A stretch of DNA of 27,005 bases from Candidatus Bathyarchaeia archaeon (lineage in GTDB: Archaea > Thermoproteota > Bathyarchaeia > Bathyarchaeales > Bathycorpusculaceae), in NCBI GenBank assembly GCA_037481775.1, contig JBBFKZ010000021.1:1-27005 (forward strand). Direction: 5' to 3'. The notes beneath the pieces are model-generated. The model had not been told where the DNA came from. It ran no database searches and saw only the letters and a program-made list of their open reading frames with translations. Within the stretch, counting starts at the first letter, position 1. Each line of letters opens with the position of its first letter. Positions 8,999 through 16,304 of this stretch are shown here, one piece after another. Position numbers and translations under genes: made by a program.

Positions 8999-9784
8999 TC
9001 AGGGTTGAGCGTTACTTTTAAGCAAAGTGTCACATATATTGTCTATGGTTCTTATTGCCGCAATATCTTTGTATTTAAGCGGTGTTTCTCCTAGCATGTC
9101 TGCTTCAATGACTTTCGCGTCAAATGGAACATAAGCAAGCACGGACAAGCCGTTTTTCTCAGCGAAACTCTTAACCGCTTCTTTCTGAGCGTCGTTCATA
9201 ATCCGGTTACCAATTAGATAGAGCTGCTGCATACCTGCTTTTGCAGCTAAATCATGAATGTGCTTCGCTATCTCGAGAGATTTCAAATTAGAATCAGCCA
9301 CGATAAGTAAAGCGTCAACTTGCCGGGCAGTTCCCCGGCCTATGTGCTCAACACCTGCTTCTAAATCTAAAACAACAGCCTCATCACGTTCAACGATTAA
9401 GTGGCGTAGCAAAGCGCGGATAACAGCGTTTGGTGCGCACATGCAACCGGCATCCATGGCTTTAACAGTGCCCATAACGAGCAAGTGCACGTCGAAAGGA
9501 GTGCCTACAGCATAATCACGGACTATGTCGTCCACGGTGAAGGATAAGCGGTAAACGCCAGAATAGCCAGTCCCAGTTTTAGAGTCCACAAGTTCCTTAT
9601 TCTCTGAGATTGGCACTATCTTGCGAGCTTCTTCGGCGGACAAGCCCAAGGTTAAAGCAAGATTAGGAGAGGAATCAGCATCTATGGCTATGGTCTTTAA
9701 GCCTCGCTCAGCGAAGCCACGCGCGAGGCCGGCGGCGATAAGTGTTTTGCCAACTCCGCCCTTACCAGAAACAGCTACTTTCAT
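8999..9784 (-). CDS. cooC: CooC-family Ni-insertion P-loop ATPase, paralogue 1
   Basis: 261 aa. It has the canonical deviant Walker A SGKGGVGKT and the CxC motif DAGCMCAPNA. The ATG start follows GAGG. Confidence 0.85.
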   Translation of the reverse strand: MKVAVSGKGGVGKTLIAAGLARGFAERGLKTIAIDADSSPNLALTLGLSAEEARKIVPISENKELVDSKTGTGYSGVYRLSFTVDDIVRDYAVGTPFDVHLLVMGTVKAMDAGCMCAPNAVIRALLRHLIVERDEAVVLDLEAGVEHIGRGTARQVDALLIVADSNLKSLEIAKHIHDLAAKAGMQQLYLIGNRIMNDAQKEAVKSFAEKNGLSVLAYVPFDAKVIEADMLGETPLKYKDIAAIRTIDNICDTLLKSNAQP

Positions 9785-9915
9785 AATGCCTCGCCCTGTA
9801 TGGAAAAAATATGTTTGTTTGATGGCTTATTTATGTTTCCTTGAAAGAAGAAAGATTTGTATGCAAAAGATTTTTAATGCAAAGACGCCTTCCCTTTTAG
9901 CCGTGATGATATATC

Positions 9916-10641
9916 ATGAAGATACTTAACGAGTTTGTTCCGACACGCAAATTTCTAAAACTGGCTGAAGAAATCAAAGACCTAGTTGACGGCTGGAACG
10001 TAACCGACAGCGCTGCTGGCTACCCCGCACCAAGCGGCACAGTGGTAAGCTGCATACTCAAAATGAAATACCCTGAAAAATACGTCTGCCCAATATTCAT
10101 TCTGCACTACAAGGGACCAGTTGAGGTAGGAGGCTTAGCGCTTGCAGCAGACATCATAGGCTTAGACGGGCTAGCAGTAACCATGGGCGACGTGCCCAAA
10201 TATGGCGAACCCATAAAGATGCTAAAATCCTCCGAAGAAGCAAGAGACTGGCTACGCACAACAGTGAAACTGAAGAACCTCAAATTAGGCTGCTTACTAA
10301 CGGCACGGCGATCCGTAGAAGAAACACTCGCAAGAGTAAGAGACTCATGGGACTTCATCTACTTCATGAGACTGGAAGACAAATCATTCCCGATACTGGA
10401 GCAGGTAGCCAAAGAATGCAAGCGCCTAAACAAGCCCTGTTACGCATACTTCCTCGTGGGAACACCAAGAAATGTCGAGACAGTGAAAATGATCGGTTGG
10501 CCAGTCGCCGCAACCATGGATAAGGTGGAAGAAACTGCTGCAAAGCTAGACGGGCTTGTTGATGGCATAATCGCCACGTGCGCCGGAGACGCCGAAGGCG
10601 ACAAGGAAATGCTAAAGAAACTGCAAAAATTCAGAAGCTAA
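9916..10641 (+). CDS. Short methylenetetrahydrofolate-reductase-like (MetF/MTHFR fold) protein
   Basis: 241 aa. By eye it aligns with E. coli MetF landmarks: EFVPTR vs EFFPPRT, VDGWNVTDSAAGYPAPSG vs FVSVTYGANSGERD, ILHYKG vs HLTC, and LAVTMGD vs VALRGD. It is about 50 aa shorter than bacterial MetF. Confidence 0.5.
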   Translation: MKILNEFVPTRKFLKLAEEIKDLVDGWNVTDSAAGYPAPSGTVVSCILKMKYPEKYVCPIFILHYKGPVEVGGLALAADIIGLDGLAVTMGDVPKYGEPIKMLKSSEEARDWLRTTVKLKNLKLGCLLTARRSVEETLARVRDSWDFIYFMRLEDKSFPILEQVAKECKRLNKPCYAYFLVGTPRNVETVKMIGWPVAATMDKVEETAAKLDGLVDGIIATCAGDAEGDKEMLKKLQKFRS

Positions 10642-10659
10642 AAAAGGCAGTTACCACCC

Positions 10660-10665
10660 TTTTTT
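10660..10665 (+). terminator. Oligo-T tract after the MTHFR-like gene
   Basis: A T6 tract (cccttttttg) lies 19 nt after the stop at 10639-10641. Confidence 0.45.
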
Positions 10666-10901
10666 GTTTATCCTTTCCCTCTTATGTAAGGGGACGACGA
10701 AAGGCCTAACTGAACAGACCTCTACTACCTCAACCTCCTTTTTTTCTTAAATCTCTTTCTACTCCTGTGTATTTCAGACAGCATTCTCTTATCAGCGATC
10801 CAAGTCGCACTACGGCTTTAGCCAACAGCTTGGGAATCCTTCATTCTTTTTTTAGCGGTCAAGCCGCAGGGGAAGGTAGAAGACTCCCAAGCCGCTTAGT
10901 C

Positions 10902-11891
10902 TTACTTTACCATAAACTCCTTCTCGTAGGTCCAAACAGCCCAAACCACATTCACCAACTTACGAGCAACAACCTTAATCGCATCCTTCTTGTTCCCTTT
11001 CCTTCTATAAGTATCCCAAAACACCTGCGCCAAACGCCCTTCAGAACAGTAACGAACATGCGACCATGAAGCTTCAATCAGAATCCACTTCAACCACTCA
11101 TCGCCCTTAGACTCCCTGCCCATACCGGTATGCTCACCTGACTGCCTAACTTTAGGCACAAGCCCAGCATAATGAGCAAGCTTTTCTGGATTAGAGAACC
11201 GTTTGATATCGCATATTTCAGCATACAATGTTAGAGCAGACACGAAGCCGATTCCGGGAATGGTCATTAGCAGCTGCACTGGCTTTAGCTGACCATACTT
11301 TCTCTTCAGCATAGCTTCAATTTCTTTGCTCTGCCTATCCATCAAGTCTAAGAGCTCAACATTCTGGTTAGCCTCAAAAACACTAAGCTCAGATGCTGCC
11401 TTCCTGCCCTTTTTCGTCTTAAGATCCACCTTCAAGGCGATGTCTCGTTTTCTAAACTCAGATTTAGTCCTATTCTTTACGCCAGTAGAGAGCCTGGTTC
11501 TAAACGCTCGGTGTCTAAGCAAGCTTCTAAGCCACCTCAGTTCAGCAGGCGGCACATAGCATGTTGGCAACCAGTTCATCCTCGTTAAATGAGCCAGAGT
11601 TCTGCTATCTACTTTATCGTTCTTAACGTCTTCTGCTCGAAGCTTCACTTTCAAGGGATTAGCAAGCAACACTTCAAACTCAAGCTCTCTGAGGAAATCT
11701 ATCCAGGGCCAGCAGAAACCAACCGATTCTAACGCCACTCTGCTTCCTTTAGGAACCGACGCTAAGCATCTTCGCAATTCAGCTCTGCTTGTGTTTACTC
11801 TTTCTCTTTTCACTATTTCTCCATTCAACTTCATGACTGTTACCTGAGTGCTCTTCAGGTGAACATCTAAACCAACCACTACTTCACTCAT
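10902..11891 (-). CDS. IS110-family transposase (DEDD RuvC-like N-terminal domain plus C-terminal Ser domain)
   Basis: 329 aa. The motifs are VGLDVHLKST, VALESVG, KNDKVDSRTLAHL, IPGIGFVSALTLYAEICDIKRF, AHYAGLVPKVRQSGE and KVVARKL. Confidence 0.9.
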   Translation of the reverse strand: MSEVVVGLDVHLKSTQVTVMKLNGEIVKRERVNTSRAELRRCLASVPKGSRVALESVGFCWPWIDFLRELEFEVLLANPLKVKLRAEDVKNDKVDSRTLAHLTRMNWLPTCYVPPAELRWLRSLLRHRAFRTRLSTGVKNRTKSEFRKRDIALKVDLKTKKGRKAASELSVFEANQNVELLDLMDRQSKEIEAMLKRKYGQLKPVQLLMTIPGIGFVSALTLYAEICDIKRFSNPEKLAHYAGLVPKVRQSGEHTGMGRESKGDEWLKWILIEASWSHVRYCSEGRLAQVFWDTYRRKGNKKDAIKVVARKLVNVVWAVWTYEKEFMVK

Positions 11892-11900
11892 ATTTCCAGT

Positions 11901-11929
11901 ACCTCCGATATCTACGGCTTATCGGAGGT
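11901..11929 (-). promoter_or_regulatory. Perfect 10-bp stem hairpin that sequesters the transposase Shine-Dalgarno sequence
   Basis: acctccgata (11901-11910) pairs with tatcggaggt (11920-11929), leaving a 9-nt loop. On the minus strand the 3' arm contains GGAGGT, 9 nt upstream of the ATG at 11891. Confidence 0.55.
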
Positions 11930-11994
11930 CTATCCAGAAAAAGCCTTTACATCCCGTCTTTTTTGTCAGCGCCCGCAGCAAAAGGCGGCAAATC

Positions 11995-14700
11995 TCAGCA
12001 CAATGCTAAAGACAACTTAACCATTTCTTCATCCAAAGGTTCCAAATTGAAACCCATTTTGGCGCACATACGCAGCATCCGGTAGTTGTTTGAAAGCACA
12101 TAACCGAAAATCGATGCCAACCTAAGATCCCTAGCGATCATGATGAGATGATCCAGCAGTTTTGAGCCAAGCCCGATCCCCTGCCACTCATCGCTCACAA
12201 CCACAGCGAACTCGCCGCTCTTCCCATCTGGTTCAACAATGATGCTTCCAGCACCAACGATTATTCTGCTATCTCGCTGATGCTCCGCTATAATGGTGAC
12301 TTCACGGCTATAATCCAGATTGCAATACCGCGCCAGCAAGTCGTGAGAAACTTCCTTCAATATTTGGAAAAACCTGAAACGCATGCTTTCCTCGGAAAGA
12401 GACAGCAAAAACTCGTTAAAACGCTGCTCATCTTCAGGTTTTATTGGGCGAAATAAAACTTTAGCGCCATTTTTCAGCACCCTCGCGGCAACATACTTTT
12501 GAGGATAAGAAGCAATAAGCGTGGTGTCCTGATGCTCAGCGACTTCTCGCATAATTCTGTTCCAGTCAAGCATCACGCACGCATCAACCGCGACAGCGCA
12601 ATCTTTGCTGACAATCAGCGGGTTTATGTCTACCTCAGCTATTTCCGGAAAATCCAGTACAAGCTGCGAAGAATTCACCAATATTTTTTCCAGAAGCTTA
12701 ACGTTCAACGGTAGTCCAGCAGACTGTGCATGCTTGTACACGCTTGTTTCTTCTATTAGCTGTCTAGCGAGCGCTTGATTTAATGGTGGGAACCCGATGC
12801 TGACATCTTTAACTATTTCAGCCGCGGTTCCGCCCAACCCAAAAATGATTACGGTACCGAAATATGGATCTTTCTTGGAGCCTATAAACAGTTCACATCC
12901 TTTTTCGTGTAGCAGAGGCTGAATAGCAACACCTTGAAACTCCATCATGTGGCTTTTTACTCTGCGAGCTAGTTCTTCAAAAGAAGAAGCGGCTTCTGCC
13001 GCGGAGCCAACACCCAAAATGACACCGCCGATTTTAGATTTACGCCAGAGGAGAGGAGACAGCGCCTTCATAACCACTGGGTAGCCAAGCTCAGAAGATA
13101 ACGCTGCTGCTTCCTCGGTGGTTCTAGCAACGAGAGTCTTCACAACCGGAATATCGTATTCTTCTATGAAGCGTAAACATTCAGTTAATCCTAGGACTTT
13201 ACGGCCCTCACAGAAAGCTCGCCTTATAATCCCCTTGAGAGAAGCCATGTTCGCTTTGACTGCAGGTATTTCTTCGGGAGTCTGATATAGAAGCGCCATA
13301 TGTTGAGAATAATTATACAGATACATGAATGTTGAAACTGCTTCTTCAGGCGTTTTGAATGTAGGAATGCCGTTTTTATGAAGAACCTCGCGAGCTTTAC
13401 GGCAGCGTTGATCTTCACCCAGCAAAGACGCGAAAATCGGTTTCTTGATTCCTTTTGCGGACCCAGCGATTACCTCTGCAAGGTCGATGGGTGTTGTAGC
13501 GCCTTGAGGCGTATACAAAACCAGAAAACCGTCACTTTTAGGGTCGCTAAAGCAGATTTCCAGCACATTTCTAAACCTTAAAGGAGATGCTTCTTCATAA
13601 ACATCGATGGGATTCGCCACGCTGCAGTAAGGAGGCAAAATTTTCTTCAAAGCACTAATTGTTTCATCACTTAATTGCGCAAGCTTTCCACCACAAGCAA
13701 TAAGGTGATCGGCGGCCATTATCGCTGGACCGCCAGCGTTGGTGATTATTGTCAGGTTAGGGCCTTCAGGCTTCGGCTGCATAGCCAAGGCTCCTGCACA
13801 GTTGAAGAGATCGCTAACAGCCTCGACGCGAACGATGCCTGCGCGTTTGAATGCAGCATCATACACAGCGTCTTCTCCACCTAAAGAGCCACTATGAGAA
13901 AACGCAGCTTCGACGCATTCCTTGAAGCGCCCGGCTTTGACCAGCAGAATAGGCTTGTTTTGAACGGCTAAGCGCGCTGCACTCATAAACTTTCGACCGT
14001 CTTTTATCGATTCAACATAAAGAAGAATGTAACGGGTCTGAGCGTCAGCGTTGAAGTAATCGATCAAGTCGCCAAAGTCAACATCAAGCGCTGATCCTAA
14101 AGAAACCATGGCGCTGAAACCAACATTGGCTTCAGCGGCCCAGTCCAATGCTGAAGCGCATAATGCAGCGCTCTGCGAGAGAAAAGCGATTTGTCCAGAG
14201 CTTGCTGGCTTATCGGCGAAGGTAGCGTAGAGGTTAATTCTTGGCCTTATCACACCAAAACTGTTAGGTCCAATAATCCGCATACCATACGTTTTTTTAC
14301 ACTCTAGGATTTGCTTCTCAAGATGCATCCCTGCTGTGCCTGTTTCCTTGAAGCCTGCTGAGATGATAATTGCGCCTTTCACGCCTACCTCTCCGCATTC
14401 TGCAATTACCTGCGGCACGATGTGCGCTGGAGTAGCGACCACAGCAAGATCTATCTTTGAGGGAATTTTGCTTACACTGGGATACGACTTTACTCCCTGA
14501 ACGGTTGGTCTAAATGGGTTTACAGGTAAAACTTCACCCGCGTAGCCTAACTGTATTAGGTTTCGGAAAATTTTGGCGCCGATTGAATCTTTTCTGTCAC
14601 TTGCGCCTATAACCGCGATCTTTTTAGGATTGAAAATGAAATGTAGGTTTTCTATTCCCAATTTTGGTGATTCCCTCGAGAAAAGCAATTTTCTATACAA
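11995..14700 (-). CDS. Fusion of an NDP-forming acetyl-CoA synthetase (fused ACD alpha/beta) with a C-terminal GNAT acetyltransferase domain (Pat/YfiQ architecture)
   Basis: 901 aa. It has a CoA-binding N-terminus (KKIAVIGASDRKDSIG), the phosphohistidine-type motif SHSGSLGG (His codon at 13894-13896), an ATP-grasp region, and a C-terminal GNAT with VVSDEWQGIGLGSKLL. The start is TTG at 14700 with no upstream ATG, so the exact start is uncertain. Confidence 0.8.
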   Translation of the reverse strand: MYRKLLFSRESPKLGIENLHFIFNPKKIAVIGASDRKDSIGAKIFRNLIQLGYAGEVLPVNPFRPTVQGVKSYPSVSKIPSKIDLAVVATPAHIVPQVIAECGEVGVKGAIIISAGFKETGTAGMHLEKQILECKKTYGMRIIGPNSFGVIRPRINLYATFADKPASSGQIAFLSQSAALCASALDWAAEANVGFSAMVSLGSALDVDFGDLIDYFNADAQTRYILLYVESIKDGRKFMSAARLAVQNKPILLVKAGRFKECVEAAFSHSGSLGGEDAVYDAAFKRAGIVRVEAVSDLFNCAGALAMQPKPEGPNLTIITNAGGPAIMAADHLIACGGKLAQLSDETISALKKILPPYCSVANPIDVYEEASPLRFRNVLEICFSDPKSDGFLVLYTPQGATTPIDLAEVIAGSAKGIKKPIFASLLGEDQRCRKAREVLHKNGIPTFKTPEEAVSTFMYLYNYSQHMALLYQTPEEIPAVKANMASLKGIIRRAFCEGRKVLGLTECLRFIEEYDIPVVKTLVARTTEEAAALSSELGYPVVMKALSPLLWRKSKIGGVILGVGSAAEAASSFEELARRVKSHMMEFQGVAIQPLLHEKGCELFIGSKKDPYFGTVIIFGLGGTAAEIVKDVSIGFPPLNQALARQLIEETSVYKHAQSAGLPLNVKLLEKILVNSSQLVLDFPEIAEVDINPLIVSKDCAVAVDACVMLDWNRIMREVAEHQDTTLIASYPQKYVAARVLKNGAKVLFRPIKPEDEQRFNEFLLSLSEESMRFRFFQILKEVSHDLLARYCNLDYSREVTIIAEHQRDSRIIVGAGSIIVEPDGKSGEFAVVVSDEWQGIGLGSKLLDHLIMIARDLRLASIFGYVLSNNYRMLRMCAKMGFNLEPLDEEMVKLSLALC

Positions 14701-14722
14701 TGTATAATTTGGATACTTATCG

Positions 14723-14730
14723 TTTTAAAA
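14723..14730. promoter_or_regulatory. Palindromic TATA-like box ttttaaaa in the divergent ACD-GNAT / cofE intergenic region
   Basis: Its centre is about 26 nt from the TTG at 14700, which fits a leaderless or near-leaderless minus-strand transcript. It could also serve the plus-strand cofE gene, whose ATG at 14853 follows GAGGT. Confidence 0.3.
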
Positions 14731-14852
14731 TCTTCTCAAGTTCACCTCAAGTGAGGCTTATCCAGAAGGTGTGCTTTTGGTTAGGGGAGAGATAACCTTA
14801 AGTTTTATTGGTGAATAGCCATTCATGCTTGTAAAAGCGAGGTAGACAGCTC

Positions 14853-15611
14853 ATGGATGCCGTTAAGATAATTGCTGTTAAAAACTTGCCATTGATAACG
14901 GAAGGCGACAATATAGCGGAACTTATCTTTAACGCTGCTATAGCGCAGAATACGCCCATCCGAGACAGAGACATAATAGTAATCACGCATGTTGCTGTTT
15001 CTAAGGCCGAAGGAGACATCGTTAACTTGGATGATGTTTTGCCCTCGGAGCGAGCTATAGAAATAGCGCAGAAAACAGGGAAAGACCCCGCATTAGTAGA
15101 GACTATTCTTCGCGAAACAAAAGAGATCGTACGTTTAGGGCCTAACAGCATTATTACGGAAATAAAAAATGGAATGGTCTGCGCAAACGCTGGCGTGGAT
15201 AAGTCAAATGTCGAAGGCGAAAGAACTGTGGCGTTGCTGCCTAAGAACCCTGACGCAACAGCCCAGAAAATTAGGCAGGAAATAAAAAGGTTAACGGGCT
15301 TCGATGTGGCAGTAATAATCTCAGACACACATGGTCGGCCCTTCAGAATGGGCGAGGTTAACGTTGCCGTAGGGGTAGCAGGAATTAAGCCTTTAAGGGA
15401 CAGACGCGGAGAGAAAGACTTGTTCGGCTACGTGCTTAAGGTAAAACGAACAGCTGTAGCGGATGAATTAGCTTCTGCGGCGGAGCTTGTGATGGGGCAA
15501 GCGGATGAGGGTATACCCGCCGCCATCATAAGAGGATACAAATACCAACCCGTCGAAGACGCATCAGCCACGGAGCTTGTTAGACCAAAAGAGAAGGATT
15601 TGTTCAGATAA
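14853..15611 (+). CDS. cofE: Coenzyme F420-0:L-glutamate ligase
   Basis: 252 aa. It shows CofE-like features: IVITHVAVSKAEG, VCANAGVDKSN, ISDTHGRPFRMG and ADELASAAELVMGQADEG. GAGGT lies 9 nt upstream of the ATG. Confidence 0.85.
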   Translation: MDAVKIIAVKNLPLITEGDNIAELIFNAAIAQNTPIRDRDIIVITHVAVSKAEGDIVNLDDVLPSERAIEIAQKTGKDPALVETILRETKEIVRLGPNSIITEIKNGMVCANAGVDKSNVEGERTVALLPKNPDATAQKIRQEIKRLTGFDVAVIISDTHGRPFRMGEVNVAVGVAGIKPLRDRRGEKDLFGYVLKVKRTAVADELASAAELVMGQADEGIPAAIIRGYKYQPVEDASATELVRPKEKDLFR

Positions 15612-15633
15612 TTAATTAGTGGAGAAACAGAAT

Positions 15634-16266
15634 ATGGATGAAGCGCTAATCAGGGAACTAAGTGAAAGAATAGTGAAAGCTGGTAGAGAGCTTTATGCGC
15701 AGGGTTTGGTGAAGGGAACAAGTGGAAACATCAGCGCAAGGATTCCCGGCGCAGACACGTTTCTGATAAAGCCTTCTGGAGCCTGCATGGGCAGACTTGA
15801 GCCGAAAGAACTGGTTCTCGTAGACTTACAAGGTAACAAGATTAGGGGCGAATTAAATGTCTCTATGGAGACGCCTATGCATTCTGCTATTTACAGAGCA
15901 CGAGAGGATGTGCAGGCTATCGTGCATACGCATCCGCCGACTGCCACGGCCTTCGGCATTGCGCAAATAGAGATTCTGCCACTACAAATAGAACTCTGGA
16001 TGCGTCTACCTAAGGGTGTGCCCATTATACCTTTTAAAGCACCAGGCTCAGAAGCACTTGCAGAAGCGGTGCAGAAAAAAATTGCCAGTTACGATGCAGT
16101 AATTCTTGAAAATCACGGCATCATAACTGTAGGCACAACTGTGGAAGCCGCTTGTGATCTGAACGAAATGGTTGAAGAAGCCGCTAAAGTTCAGCTTTCA
16201 GTTATGATGCTAACTGGTGGGCGTGCATGCGATTTAGCCGAGCTTAAGAAAAAGTTCAAAACTTAG
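15634..16266 (+). CDS. Class II aldolase/adducin-family protein (fuculose-1-phosphate aldolase-like)
   Basis: Motifs GTSGNISAR, VHTHPP and ENHG. I prefer the ATG at 15634 because GGAG lies 9 nt upstream. The track ORF starts at GTG 15619. Confidence 0.8.
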   Translation: MDEALIRELSERIVKAGRELYAQGLVKGTSGNISARIPGADTFLIKPSGACMGRLEPKELVLVDLQGNKIRGELNVSMETPMHSAIYRAREDVQAIVHTHPPTATAFGIAQIEILPLQIELWMRLPKGVPIIPFKAPGSEALAEAVQKKIASYDAVILENHGIITVGTTVEAACDLNEMVEEAAKVQLSVMMLTGGRACDLAELKKKFKT

Positions 16267-16304
16267 AATATCTTAGAATAGCAGAAAAGTTAGGTGGAAT
16301 AAGC

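Larger units (their letters stand above)
10670..11960 (-). mobile_element. IS110-family insertion sequence. The boundaries are approximate and no terminal inverted repeats were seen.
   Basis: The extent is bounded by the terminator of the upstream gene (10665) and the stop of the ACD-GNAT gene (11995). It contains one DEDD-type transposase plus structured non-coding flanks. Confidence 0.45.

Noticed and set aside
10767-11069. A 100-aa plus-strand ORF overlapping the 3' end of the transposase gene
   Set aside because: It is antisense to the transposase, has no motifs and begins inside the structured IS flank. It is probably spurious.
11931-11939. The 9-mer tatccagaa shared between the IS left flank and 14760-14768
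   Set aside because: A single 9-mer match within a 27-kb window, counting both strands, is expected by chance. There is no extended similarity around it.
14798-15328. A 176-aa minus-strand ORF antisense to cofE
   Set aside because: It lies entirely within the well-supported cofE frame. It has hydrophobic low-complexity sequence and no RBS.
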